Sequence record: DRR378314_2328
Direction: 5' to 3' (one strand)
Length of the DNA stretch: 35,186 nucleotides
Shown piece after piece: positions 9,893 to 19,425 of the stretch. Made by a program: the position numbers and the translations under genes. Numbering within the stretch: position 1 is the stretch's first letter; every line of letters begins with the position of its first letter. The notes under the pieces are model-generated. The model was not told where the DNA came from and did no database searches. It saw only the letters and a list, made by a program, of their open reading frames with translations.

Positions 9893-10255
9893 CTATACCT
9901 CTGCAGTGCTTTGAGTGTCGAAGAATGCGCGTACCAGTTCTTTTTTGTCCCGCATCACCCGCATGCCCGGGGTTTCCACAGGCGCGGCGCGGCGGCTGGC
10001 AAATGTGCTTTGTGCGGCAACCTCAGGCTCTGCCTCTGGCTGTACCTGTTGCACCTGCTCTGCCACTTCAATGCGATCGCGCATCTGGCTGACCGAATCC
10101 TGTGATTTTTCTACAGCTGAAGAAAACTCTTCGACCAAGGGTTCAAGGTCTTTCAGGATTCCCATCAACAGACGCACTTTGCGCGACACGATGTACCCAT
10201 ATGTAATGCTGCCAATGAGAAGCAGAATGATTACGCAGTCAATTATCATCGCCAT
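9893..10255 (-). CDS. Conserved flagellar-cluster membrane protein (DUF6468-like)
   Basis: N-terminal TM helix (IIDCVIILLLIGSITYGYIVSRK), coiled coil; sits between fliM and motE. Confidence 0.6.
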   Translation of the reverse strand: MAMIIDCVIILLLIGSITYGYIVSRKVRLLMGILKDLEPLVEEFSSAVEKSQDSVSQMRDRIEVAEQVQQVQPEAEPEVAAQSTFASRRAAPVETPGMRVMRDKKELVRAFFDTQSTAEV

Positions 10256-11192
10256 CTGTTTCCAGTTCCTTCTTCAGTTTGAGTTCTTCGGTAATCTGAA
10301 CGGCAACAAAGCCGTTGTTCCGTTTGCCAATCGAGACTTTGAACATCGGCGTATCCGCGCAGGTCATTGTTGCGTCCTGACCTTCCTCAATACCGAAATT
10401 GATTGTATCGCCCGGTTTCCAGGCCATGATCCTCTGGATCGGGATCGCCTCTTCCGCCAGAAGCACCTCAAGGGTCATATGCGCCCGTTCGATCTGGCTG
10501 CCGATCAGATCATGCCAGCTGCTTTGCCCCTCGCCGCGGTCACCGAAATAGACCTTGCCCAGATCAGGCCGGATTGGCTCCAGAGCGTCATAGGGAATGA
10601 TGATATCGACACCGCCCATATGACCGGCAATCGAAACGGAAATCTTGATCCGTGCGCACAGGCTGTTGTGTTTCGCTACGGCTGCGGCTTCCGGGTCGCT
10701 TTCAACACGATCCAGTTCCAGCGCAGATGCGCTGACAACGGTTAACGCGCGTTGCAGTTCCGCCAACACTGCGGCGGCCACCCGCTCGCCAAAACCAAGC
10801 TCAATGGCGGTGAAACGCTCCACCCCCTCCAGATCCAAGTTCTTTGCACTGCCGCCTAGCATCAGTTCGCTTGTCGCCAGCAGACACACCTTGTCGATCG
10901 CAATCACGATTTCACCGTCAAAGGGCTTACCAATACCCACGGCCATCAGCACCGGCTCTGGCACATCGGCCACAACCTGATCCATGGTGATATAATCAAG
11001 CGACACCATGGAAGCTTCACAGCCAATTCGGGTTAAATCGGAAAAGGCTTCAGCAAGGTTTTCAACCAGACGCGCCCCGATGATATCCAGCATGGGCAAC
11101 CGATCAAAGGTAAAGTCCGACTGACGGATAATCTCGTCAATCAGGCTGATGTTCTCGCCTTCAATATCGGCATTGGCCAGTGTCTCGCTCAC
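10239..11192 (-). CDS. fliM: Flagellar motor switch protein FliM
   Basis: DRLPMLDII, FTAIE, IIIPY..LEPIR..L and a C-terminal SpoA domain. GTG 11192 has a GAGG RBS; alternative TTG start at 11213. Confidence 0.92.
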   Translation of the reverse strand: MSETLANADIEGENISLIDEIIRQSDFTFDRLPMLDIIGARLVENLAEAFSDLTRIGCEASMVSLDYITMDQVVADVPEPVLMAVGIGKPFDGEIVIAIDKVCLLATSELMLGGSAKNLDLEGVERFTAIELGFGERVAAAVLAELQRALTVVSASALELDRVESDPEAAAVAKHNSLCARIKISVSIAGHMGGVDIIIPYDALEPIRPDLGKVYFGDRGEGQSSWHDLIGSQIERAHMTLEVLLAEEAIPIQRIMAWKPGDTINFGIEEGQDATMTCADTPMFKVSIGKRNNGFVAVQITEELKLKKELETDGDDN

Positions 11193-11202
11193 GTGCAGGT
11201 CC

Positions 11203-11898
11203 TCATTGAACAATCAGATCTTTGATCAGGATTTCTTGCGGCAGGTCATTTCCCACAGCGGCCCGCGCACGTTTCAGCAGCTCCGCCTTGATGTACATAA
11301 TGCCCGCCATGCCGCGCACATCCGCCTCTGACAGGCCGCGCAAATAGCTATTGAACAGATCACGGATGAAAGGCTGGCGTTCCGCCATCAGCTTGCCTGC
11401 ATCCAGATCAGGCCGGTACGCAACAACAAGGTTGATCTTCAGGAAAGCGGTGCTTGTGGTGCCATCAGCACCGGTGCTTTGAATGTTGGTCAGCATATCC
11501 CCAAGATCCAGCAGCCCGCTATCGGCAATAGATTCACCTTTCCCGTCTGCATGGTCTTTTTCCTGCAGGGCCATCGCCTTTTCGGCATCATGGCCATCCT
11601 TGGCCAGCGGATCCGTCACATCCTTACGCAGCTTGGGGTTTCCGTCTTTCGCCCCATCACCATGCCCATCATCCTTGTCATGCGCTTCGGTGCTTTCCGC
11701 GTCCTTATACTCCGGTGCATACTCCTCGGCATCCTGCAGATAGGCCGTCCGCGCCAGAAAAAACCCGCCGCCCAATGACACAAGGCACATCACAGCGGCT
11801 GCCAGCAACATCTTGCGGGATCCGCGCGACTTTTCCGCCGGCGCATCCTCTGCGTCGGTTTCTGGCGGCTTCTTTTTAGGGTCGGGCTTGGTGGCCAT
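11203..11898 (-). CDS. fliL: Flagellar basal body-associated protein FliL
   Basis: N-terminal TM helix, charged His/Asp/Lys-rich linker, C-terminal FliL domain (P.IRD.FNSYLR.L...D.RG.AG...IK.ELL.R...ILIKDLIVQ). Confidence 0.9.
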   Translation of the reverse strand: MATKPDPKKKPPETDAEDAPAEKSRGSRKMLLAAAVMCLVSLGGGFFLARTAYLQDAEEYAPEYKDAESTEAHDKDDGHGDGAKDGNPKLRKDVTDPLAKDGHDAEKAMALQEKDHADGKGESIADSGLLDLGDMLTNIQSTGADGTTSTAFLKINLVVAYRPDLDAGKLMAERQPFIRDLFNSYLRGLSEADVRGMAGIMYIKAELLKRARAAVGNDLPQEILIKDLIVQ

Positions 11899-11955
11899 GT
11901 TTTACAGTCTTTCCTTACTCAAGGATAATCGCCTCCTTTTACTTCGAATACAAGT

Positions 11956-11992
11956 TTACTTTCAACTTAAACTTGCCTTAACCTTGCATTAA
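11956..11992. promoter_or_regulatory. Array of overlapping CtrA boxes in the divergent fliL/fliF promoter
   Basis: TTAC-N7-TTAA-N7-TTAA-N7-TTAA, with half-sites at 11956, 11967, 11978 and 11989. Confidence 0.8.
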
Positions 11993-12017
11993 TGATGTAT
12001 AGTCGCGACAACAACCA

Positions 12018-13736
12018 GTGAGGGCATACGTGCAAGGATTGATTGATAATCTACTGTCTTTGGGTCGACAAAGATTGATGATCTTGGCCGGCACTGCAGT
12101 TGCCGTTGTCGCGGCGCTCTTACTCGGCCTTAGCGCGATCACTCGCCCGGACTACGCACCGATTTATTCAAATCTATCTGTCACCTCTGCCAGTGCCATC
12201 GAGGCAAGCCTGACCAATGCGGGTTTTCGCGTGATGGTCTCTGAGGATGGTTCATCTGTATCGGTCCCGCGCGCCGATGGTGCCCGTGCCCGCATGGCCC
12301 TTGCCGAGACCGGTGTGCCAGTAGACGGCGATCCCGGCTGGGAGCTGTTTGATGAAAAGAGCGGGCTGGCGATGAACTCCTTCCTGCAAAAAATCAATCG
12401 TGTCCGCGCCATGGAAGGCGAACTTGCCCGCTCCATCCAGACGTTGGATGGCATTTCCTCCGCTCGCGTTCATCTTGTGCTGCCGGATCGCGAACCGTTT
12501 TCACGCGAAGCACCTGCGCCTCGGGGGTCGGTGGTGCTGCGATCCAGTGCTGGCCGCGCGGTTACCCGCAAACAGGCAATAGCGGTGCGGACCCTTGTTG
12601 CATCTTCTGTGGCAGAGCTGGAAGTTTCCCGCGTTACTGTGCTTTCGGCCAGTGGTGAAACAATTCTTGCAGAAGGCTCAGGTGGTGAAGGCCCTACCGG
12701 CATGCAGACCACCAAAACCTCAATCGAGGACCGCCTGTCCCAAGAAATCCAGAACATCCTGACGGCCCGCGTCGGTGCGGGCAATGCGCGCGTTCGGGTC
12801 AATGTTGATCTCACGACCCAGCGCGAAGTGATCGTCGAGCAAAGCTTCGATCCAGAGCAACAGGTTGTTCGCTCCACCGAAAGCACCACACAAAACCAGA
12901 CAGGCACCGATGGCGGTGGCAATGTCGGCGTGGAAAACAACATTCCCGCAGCACTCGCTGACGGGGGCGGTGCCGCCACCTCCAACCGAAGCGAAGCGGG
13001 CGAGCAGGTACAATATGAAATCGGCAACACCCGTCGCGAAATCGTGCGCGAGGCCGGTGAAGTACGCCGCCTGACTGTCGCTGTTTTGGTGAATGGCATC
13101 TACAATCTGGAAGGGTCCGACGTTGCCTATGTTGAACGCACCCCTGAAGAGCTGAATCGTCTGACCGAACTGGTCAAATCCGCAGTGGGTTTTGAAGAAG
13201 GCCGCGGCGACAGCGTTTCTGTTGATAGCATGCGGTTCATGGATTATTCGATGGATCTGGGTGATCCGATTGTCCAAACCATCGGGGATCGCCTGTCGGA
13301 AAGCATTGTGCCCATCATCCGGGGCGTGCTGGCCCTGTTGATTGTTGCACTGGTGATGATCCTCGGTGTGCGCCCGATGCTGCGCCGCTTGAACCAGCCC
13401 GACCCGCTGAATGTGGTTGAAGAGCCTGCGCTGGAATCGGACACAGTCGAACGCGAAGGGCTTGCCGCACCGGACAGCACTCCAAACGCCAGCGGGACCA
13501 AGCTGCTTGCCACCGACACCCCCAGCGCATCAAGCACAGAACCTCGCAAACTTTCGGCCACCCCGGTTGAACGGGATGAATTGACGCTGGATGACCAGCA
13601 ATATGTCACAACCCAAGGCATCCGAGGTAGCATTCAGAAGGGCAATATCGATAAAATTCAACGCCTTGCGGATGAGAAGCCAGAAGAAGTACTGCGCGTG
13701 ATGCGGTCATGGCTCACCACTGAGGCAGAAGCGTGA
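12018..13736 (+). CDS. fliF: Flagellar MS-ring protein FliF
   Basis: Two TM helices; GWELFD, RAMEGELARSI, ARVHLVLP, LVKSAVGF..RGD.V.V; C-terminal P.E...V.RSWL. Confidence 0.97.
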   Translation: MRAYVQGLIDNLLSLGRQRLMILAGTAVAVVAALLLGLSAITRPDYAPIYSNLSVTSASAIEASLTNAGFRVMVSEDGSSVSVPRADGARARMALAETGVPVDGDPGWELFDEKSGLAMNSFLQKINRVRAMEGELARSIQTLDGISSARVHLVLPDREPFSREAPAPRGSVVLRSSAGRAVTRKQAIAVRTLVASSVAELEVSRVTVLSASGETILAEGSGGEGPTGMQTTKTSIEDRLSQEIQNILTARVGAGNARVRVNVDLTTQREVIVEQSFDPEQQVVRSTESTTQNQTGTDGGGNVGVENNIPAALADGGGAATSNRSEAGEQVQYEIGNTRREIVREAGEVRRLTVAVLVNGIYNLEGSDVAYVERTPEELNRLTELVKSAVGFEEGRGDSVSVDSMRFMDYSMDLGDPIVQTIGDRLSESIVPIIRGVLALLIVALVMILGVRPMLRRLNQPDPLNVVEEPALESDTVEREGLAAPDSTPNASGTKLLATDTPSASSTEPRKLSATPVERDELTLDDQQYVTTQGIRGSIQKGNIDKIQRLADEKPEEVLRVMRSWLTTEAEA

Positions 13737-14374
13737 TTACACTGTTTGACCATAATTTCGACCTTGAGACAGGCCGTTCGACGCACAAGGACGCGGCCAG
13801 CAAGATCGAGGCAATTGCCGACCTGAAAGAGCAACTTGAGGCGGCCCGCAAGGAAGGTTTCGAGGCCGGCCGTGCCCTTGGTCATGAAGAAGCGAAAACC
13901 GAGTTTGACGCTGGTGCCGCAGCGCGCTTCGAACAGGAACGCCAGATCATTCAGGAACAACTGGCCCAGCTGGCGGCGCAGGACAAAAGGCATCACAGGG
14001 ATACAGAACGTGACATCATCGAGCTGTTTCTGGGGGTCGCAGACCGATTGATGCCTGAACTTATCACCCAATATGGCCCGGCTTTGGCCATCGATCGTAT
14101 CAAACAGGCCGTGCAACAAACCCGCACCGACCCAGAGCTTACGATCAGTGCCAGCCCTGAGGTTGTTGCTGCCCTCGATCAGGAAGCGCCGTCATGGCTG
14201 ACCGCGGCCTCGCAAACTGTGGAAATCGATCTTTTCGCAGACCCTGAAATGCCCCGTGGCGCGGCGCAGGTTCGGTGGCAGGGCGGGCGGCTTGAATATG
14301 ACATTGAAACTGCCTGCACACAGATCCGGCAAGCGCTGGCACAGGCGGCAAGTGACTATAACGAAGCGACGTAG
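13733..14374 (+). CDS. fliH: Flagellar assembly protein FliH
   Basis: AxxxGxxxGxxxG repeat (ARKEGFEAGRALG), C-terminal DP.M..G...V.W.GG; lies between fliF and fliN. Confidence 0.8.
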   Translation: MITLFDHNFDLETGRSTHKDAASKIEAIADLKEQLEAARKEGFEAGRALGHEEAKTEFDAGAAARFEQERQIIQEQLAQLAAQDKRHHRDTERDIIELFLGVADRLMPELITQYGPALAIDRIKQAVQQTRTDPELTISASPEVVAALDQEAPSWLTAASQTVEIDLFADPEMPRGAAQVRWQGGRLEYDIETACTQIRQALAQAASDYNEAT

Positions 14375-14386
14375 AAAGCTGAACAA

Positions 14387-14749
14387 ATGTTGGAAAATGA
14401 TGACGTGGCAGATCAGAGCGAAACAGCAAAGAAACCTGATACAGCCAAAGACCCGGCCACAGATCCGAAAACCGAAACGGATGCACCAAACGCGGGCAAG
14501 AATCTGGATGCCATCTTTGGTGTCAAGCTGGATGTGCGCGCGGTGCTTGGGCGCAGCCGGATACCGATTTCGGAACTGCTGAACCTGACCAAAGGGTCTG
14601 TGATCGAACTGGACCGGCGGGTCGGAGAGCCTGTTGATCTGATGATCAATGACCGGCTGGTTGCTCGGGGCGATCTGGTGCGGGTAAAAGGCGACATGCT
14701 GGGCGTAGCACTACGTGAAATCGTAAAAGACTTTGTCACAGACAGTTAA
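14387..14749 (+). CDS. fliN: Flagellar motor switch protein FliN
   Basis: SpoA domain: VLGRS...I.ELL.L.KGSVIELDRRVGEPVD...N..LVARG. Confidence 0.93.
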   Translation: MLENDDVADQSETAKKPDTAKDPATDPKTETDAPNAGKNLDAIFGVKLDVRAVLGRSRIPISELLNLTKGSVIELDRRVGEPVDLMINDRLVARGDLVRVKGDMLGVALREIVKDFVTDS

Positions 14750-14750
14750 T

Positions 14751-15572
14751 ATGCTCTTTCGCCCATTGCATCACGTTGGCCCTATCCTGACCGCAGCCAT
14801 TCCCATGGTGCTGGTCCTGCTGACCTGCGCCACATCTGCGTCAGCGCAGGATGCTGATGTGGGTGGCTTGATCCGCGAACTGTCCTCCCAATTGGGCGGG
14901 GTACAGCCGGGCAGTGACGCAGGGGCCAGCCTGTCCGGTCGCCTGATCCAGCTCTTTGTTCTGGTGACAGCACTGAGTGTTGCGCCCGGTCTTTTGGTCG
15001 TGATGACCAGCTTTACCCGCTTTGTTATCGTCTTTTCCATGTTGCGTCTGGCGCTGGGATTGAACCAGACGCCGCCCAACATCGTGCTGAACGCAATGGC
15101 GCTTTTCATGACCTTTTTTGTCATGCAGCCGGTGTTTGAAGACGCCTGGGAAGGCGGGATCAGGCCACTGATGAACAACGCCATCACCGAAGAACAGGCA
15201 ATACAGAATATCTCGGAGCCCTTTTACAACTTCATGGCCGTCAACACCCGCGACAAGGACATTCAGCTGTTCACCGACATCGCAAATGACGCCACCACCC
15301 AGCCAGAGGAAGCGGACGCCGGGCCCAGCTGGCGTGTCCTGGTCCCGTCCTTCATGATCTCCGAGCTGCGCCGTGCGTTTACCATCGGGTTTCTGATCTA
15401 TCTGCCTTTTGTGGCGATTGACCTGATCGTCGCCTCTGTTCTGATGAGTGCCGGCATGATGATGCTGCCTCCTGTTCTGGTCTCGCTGCCCTTCAAGGTG
15501 ATCTTTTTCGTACTTATTGACGGCTGGTACATGTTGGCGGGGTCACTGATCCAATCTTATCTTTCTGGATAG
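14751..15572 (+). CDS. fliP: Flagellar export gate protein FliP
   Basis: TSFTRF.IVFS.LR.ALG..QTPPN, PSFMISEL..AF.IGF.IYLPF, GMMMLPP..VSLPFK..FFVLIDGW. Confidence 0.97.
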   Translation: MLFRPLHHVGPILTAAIPMVLVLLTCATSASAQDADVGGLIRELSSQLGGVQPGSDAGASLSGRLIQLFVLVTALSVAPGLLVVMTSFTRFVIVFSMLRLALGLNQTPPNIVLNAMALFMTFFVMQPVFEDAWEGGIRPLMNNAITEEQAIQNISEPFYNFMAVNTRDKDIQLFTDIANDATTQPEEADAGPSWRVLVPSFMISELRRAFTIGFLIYLPFVAIDLIVASVLMSAGMMMLPPVLVSLPFKVIFFVLIDGWYMLAGSLIQSYLSG

Positions 15573-15601
15573 TCGATTTTTACAACAAAAGAGATTTAAT
15601 T

Positions 15602-15625
15602 TAAGGATAGGTTCAACTATCCTTA
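15602..15625. promoter_or_regulatory. Palindromic site upstream of fliG
   Basis: TAAGGATAG-gttcaa-CTATCCTTA, a perfect 9-bp inverted repeat built from the same TATCCTT core seen at fliI/flgB. Confidence 0.5.
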
Positions 15626-15659
15626 GAATAACTGCCCAATCTACCGGATAACTTCTTCA

Positions 15660-16691
15660 ATGAACCAATTTGTTCCCCTTCGAAAACACCGCCGCATGTC
15701 AGGCGCGCAGAAGTCTGCCGTGCTGTTCCTGTGCCTGGGTGAAGGGCGTGGCGGTGCATTGATGCAGCAGTTGGACGTGGCTGAAATTCGACAAATCACA
15801 ACGGCCATTTCAAACATGGGCGAAATCGACGCTGGTATCGTCGAAAGCATCCTTGAAGAATTTGATGAAAAGCTCAATCACGAAGGCGGTGTTGTGGGCT
15901 CGATTGATGCCGCCCGCAACCTGCTAAGTGAATTTCTGCCCGAGGATCGCGTTGCCGAGATTTTGCAGGAGATCAATACCAATACCACCGGCAATGTCTG
16001 GAAAGATCTCTCCGATCTGGATGAGAAACAATTGGTGGAATTCCTGCGCAAGGAACACAATCAAACAGTGGCAGTGATCTTGACGCGGTTGCGCCCGGAT
16101 GCGGCGGCCAAAGTTCTGCCCCTGCTTGGCAACGACCGTGCGCCTGATCTGATCGAACGGATCATGGCGATGGAGAACCTGCCATCCGATACCATCCAGA
16201 ATATCGAAAACACCCTGCGCGAAGATGTCCTGGCCAAGGCAAACAACAGCCCCGAAGCCAGGATTGAGGGGCATCTTGTCTCGATATTGAACAAACTGGA
16301 CGGTGATCTGTTCGAACAAATCTCGGCTGAACTGGAACAACGCCGACCCGACCAGTTTGGCGGGATCAAACAAAAGATGTTTGTCTTTGATGATCTGGTG
16401 AAGTTCAACGAAATGGATCTGGGCAAGATCATGCGCGAGGTCTCAGCCACCACGCTGCCGCTTGCCCTGCGCGGTGCCAAAAAAGAGATCCGCGAGCATT
16501 TTCTGGCAGCTTTGCCTTCGCGATCAAGGGGCATGTTGCAGGATGAAATGTCATCCATGGGCCCAATCAAACTGCGCGATGTGAAAGAGGCGCAAGGACA
16601 GTTGGTTGAGGGTGCGCTGCGTCTGCTGGCGGATGGAACCATCACCTTGGCCGATACCACCGAGGAAATGATGGAAGACATGGCTGAGTAG
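15660..16691 (+). CDS. fliG: Flagellar motor switch protein FliG
   Basis: G.QK.AVL...LGE, EH.QT.A.IL, MFVFDDL, ALRGA, torque-helix region SR...MLQDE. Confidence 0.97.
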   Translation: MNQFVPLRKHRRMSGAQKSAVLFLCLGEGRGGALMQQLDVAEIRQITTAISNMGEIDAGIVESILEEFDEKLNHEGGVVGSIDAARNLLSEFLPEDRVAEILQEINTNTTGNVWKDLSDLDEKQLVEFLRKEHNQTVAVILTRLRPDAAAKVLPLLGNDRAPDLIERIMAMENLPSDTIQNIENTLREDVLAKANNSPEARIEGHLVSILNKLDGDLFEQISAELEQRRPDQFGGIKQKMFVFDDLVKFNEMDLGKIMREVSATTLPLALRGAKKEIREHFLAALPSRSRGMLQDEMSSMGPIKLRDVKEAQGQLVEGALRLLADGTITLADTTEEMMEDMAE

Positions 16692-16711
16692 CAGGTTAGT
16701 GCGGCTAAATG

Positions 16712-17536
16712 TCAGCGATAGAGCTGCGAGGCGCTGAAGTTCACCATATCGATATCGAGAGTCATCGCCACAAACTGCCCGCTGTTGCGCGAGTTTTGCA
16801 GAATGTTCAGCGCTGCACTGTTTGACACAAAGGGCTGCGGATTGATGACGTCAGAAATCGCCATATAGCGCGAGATCAACCGGTCACGTTCCGCAGGGTC
16901 TGCAAGGTCCTCCAGATCGAATTTCTCCGCAAACATAGCCGCCTGCCGGTCGAGGTCCAGCGCTGACATCTGTTCCGGCAACCCCAGCGCCACCTGAAAG
17001 AAACTCGTCAGTTTCTCATCACCCAAAACCTCAAACCAGCTTGCGATCTCACCGCCAGTCTCGCGAAACTCCAGCACGGTCCCGACGGTCTCGTTCTGCT
17101 CATCATTCGAATTGATAAACTGGCGATTGTAAAAGCGGTCTGAAATACCATCGAGAAACGCCGAATTTGAAAAATCGGGCACCTGCGGCCCGGCCTCTGT
17201 GGTAAAGCCCAAGGCCAGATGCATCTCCCTGAACCGCGGGTCGGTCAGCCGGTTCAACAAAGAGTCGGGCGCAACAGGGTCACTTTCCAGAACCTTGCGG
17301 ATCATCGCCTTGCCGAAAATCTGATCTTCCAGATCAAAGGCCTTCATCACAAAACTATAGACTTCAAAATCTGCCACCAGCTCTTGTGGTGTGGTGATTG
17401 ACCCAATCCGCTCGCGAAATGCGGCTTCGCTGCGCTTGTTGGCGGCCTCATTCCGCATGGTTTCCAACTGCTGATCCCGTGTGGCATCGATCAAACGAAG
17501 CGCCGCCTGACTTCCAAGTCCAGAAATGCCAATCAT
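16712..17536 (-). CDS. DUF1217-family flagellar-associated protein
   Basis: F..RIG.I....EL..D..V..F...AF.LED......IRKVLE.......L.NRL.D.RF pattern; usual position downstream of flbT. Start set at ATG 17536, 7 bp after the flbT stop. Confidence 0.8.
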   Translation of the reverse strand: MIGISGLGSQAALRLIDATRDQQLETMRNEAANKRSEAAFRERIGSITTPQELVADFEVYSFVMKAFDLEDQIFGKAMIRKVLESDPVAPDSLLNRLTDPRFREMHLALGFTTEAGPQVPDFSNSAFLDGISDRFYNRQFINSNDEQNETVGTVLEFRETGGEIASWFEVLGDEKLTSFFQVALGLPEQMSALDLDRQAAMFAEKFDLEDLADPAERDRLISRYMAISDVINPQPFVSNSAALNILQNSRNSGQFVAMTLDIDMVNFSASQLYR

Positions 17537-17543
17537 CGGGTTC

Positions 17544-17963
17544 CTATTCCGCCGCTGTTGCGGCTGCTTTCTCATGGATCATCTCAAACAGTCGATCTTC
17601 ATATTCCATCAGCGGACGCAAGGCACGCATCCCTTTGTAAAAATCGGCCTGTGACACATGGTTTGCCGCTTCAAAGATGTGTTCGCCGACCTCATCATGA
17701 AAAACCGGGACAAGCTGCGCCAGCTTCTTCTGGATAATCGGGACAAGTTTCTTGCGTTTGGAAGCATCCAAAAGCGCCGCCTGAATAAAGAAATACACTT
17801 CTTTGACCGGCGTGCGCGCCTGCTTTTCGTCCAGCAGATCCGCCTCGCGCACGATATCAGCGTGGTTCTCGATCACCAGCAATTGCCGCCGGTCAGAGTT
17901 GCGAACCACACAGCCGTTGATCAAGATGCGTTCATTCGGTTTCAACGTCAGTCGCAGTGCCAT
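17544..17963 (-). CDS. flbT: Flagellin translational regulator FlbT
   Basis: MALRLTLKPNERILINGCVVRN.DRR...A.I.RE.D......A.TPV..VYF..Q; YK.MRALR.L..YE. Confidence 0.95.
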   Translation of the reverse strand: MALRLTLKPNERILINGCVVRNSDRRQLLVIENHADIVREADLLDEKQARTPVKEVYFFIQAALLDASKRKKLVPIIQKKLAQLVPVFHDEVGEHIFEAANHVSQADFYKGMRALRPLMEYEDRLFEMIHEKAAATAAE

Positions 17964-17968
17964 CTCGC

Positions 17969-18370
17969 CTACTCCGCCGCTGTTTCGAATTGCCGACCGC
18001 TCAGACCATCGATGATGGTCCGGTTGATGTCGATCAGAGGTTTCACAGGTTTGCCACCGGCCAATACGCCCTGCGTGTGGCTCTCTACCCAAAGTGCGAG
18101 GGATATGATGCTCGCCTTCAGCTCAGGTGTCAGACCATTTTCTGTTTCTGTAAGGTCCATTTTGAAGGTCGACCAAACCATCTGGTTCTTCAACAACGTA
18201 TGGCGAAGGCCATCAGCCAAAAGCTGCAACCGCTCCAACCGTCGTTCCGCATTGTCGAATTCAAGGAACTGTGTTTCCAGTTCTGATGTCACCTGCGCAA
18301 GGATGCGACGCTCAATCTGGCGTGGCGCTTCCGTGTGCGAGATGGTCCGCTTGTACGCGGTTACACTCAT
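17969..18370 (-). CDS. flaF: Flagellar biosynthesis regulator FlaF
   Basis: AY......PRQIE, N...W..F..DL....NGL..ELKA.IISLALWV, LIDINR.II.GL. Confidence 0.95.
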   Translation of the reverse strand: MSVTAYKRTISHTEAPRQIERRILAQVTSELETQFLEFDNAERRLERLQLLADGLRHTLLKNQMVWSTFKMDLTETENGLTPELKASIISLALWVESHTQGVLAGGKPVKPLIDINRTIIDGLSGRQFETAAE

Positions 18371-18423
18371 TCTCGTCACCTATAGTTATTTTTCTGCCTC
18401 AAACCAAATCTTAACCAATCGCG

Positions 18424-18440
18424 GTTAAGGGAAATTTAAC
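18424..18440 (-). promoter_or_regulatory. CtrA binding box upstream of flaF-flbT
   Basis: GTTAA-gggaaat-TTAAC matches the consensus on both strands, ~54 bp before the flaF start. Confidence 0.82.
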
Positions 18441-18542
18441 GTTCTGTAATTTTTAAGAAAAAGCCGGATTTCCTTTGCTGTCCGACCTTATCGTGGCGGA
18501 TTCATCACACCGCAGGAAAAACATTTGGAATCCGGCGCTTGC

Positions 18543-18582
18543 AAACAAAACGCCCACCTGGAGGGGAGTCCAGATGGGCGTT
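18543..18582 (-). terminator. Intrinsic terminator of ORF 18606-19052
   Basis: Stem AACGCCCA(C)CTGGA / TCCAG(A)TGGGCGTT followed on the minus strand by a T-rich tail. Confidence 0.7.
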
Positions 18583-18605
18583 GGGCGGCAGTGCTGCTGC
18601 GCGTG

Positions 18606-19052
18606 TTATTGAACCAGGTTCATCAATTCTGGCTGGTTGCTCGACGGGGTGTTTTGCTGTGAAATCTCCGCGTTCCGTCGGGAGATCATCGCCGGGTTAT
18701 CAGTCTGGTTAAGCTGCGAAAGGTCAACCAGAACCTGCCCCAATGCCTGCCCGAGGTCCTGACTGGACATTGTATGCACGCCCCCAATTTCTGACGGCTC
18801 GATCAGGACGATGGTGCGGTCACAAATCTCGATCCCGAATTCCTCGAACAAAACATCCGCCAGACTGGCACTGGGCAGAACCTCGTCACCGGCATAGCTG
18901 ACAACAGGACGGGCACCTGTGCGCGTTTCCTTCGTTGTGAAACAGATCATCGGCGAGGCAAGAAGAGAGGCCAGGATGCTACCAAGCGGCGGGAGGTTCG
19001 TCGGGTCGCGTAGTTCCAAAGTATTACTCCAGATATGCTCGACAATGTTCAT
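18606..19052 (-). CDS. Hypothetical protein (148 aa), similar to the kinase C-terminal region
   Basis: ATG with AGGGGA RBS and its own terminator; no family recognised. Confidence 0.75.
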   Translation of the reverse strand: MNIVEHIWSNTLELRDPTNLPPLGSILASLLASPMICFTTKETRTGARPVVSYAGDEVLPSASLADVLFEEFGIEICDRTIVLIEPSEIGGVHTMSSQDLGQALGQVLVDLSQLNQTDNPAMISRRNAEISQQNTPSSNQPELMNLVQ

Positions 19053-19425
19053 TTGGCAGTCCCCTGAATTCTTGCTGTTCGTTAAGATTATTCCCGTTTA
19101 AGGGGAGATTGAATGCCAAATTTGTTAATAATTCACCCGGCTTCAACTCCGCGGTTTTTACCTTAACCCTAGGCGTCTAAATCATAAAATTTCAACCTTA
19201 AGGAGACTAGTTGCAAATTTCCATTAACTTACAGCCCTCTAAATGTAGTGGCCGATCTTGGAGCCCCGCCTAATTGTAGTGGTGACCTCTACCGACTATG
19301 CAAGGTCGCATTCGACAACATTTACAATTCTACAGTTGCGGAATCGTTCAACACGCCAACCGGGGGTAGGTCACCCAAAACAGGCCAAGGCGACCGCCAC
19401 GCAAATTGATTGAAACAGATGAGAT

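Noticed and set aside
19236-19282. Direct repeats as a mini-CRISPR array
   Set aside because: Only two 13-bp units with an 18-bp spacer and no cas genes.
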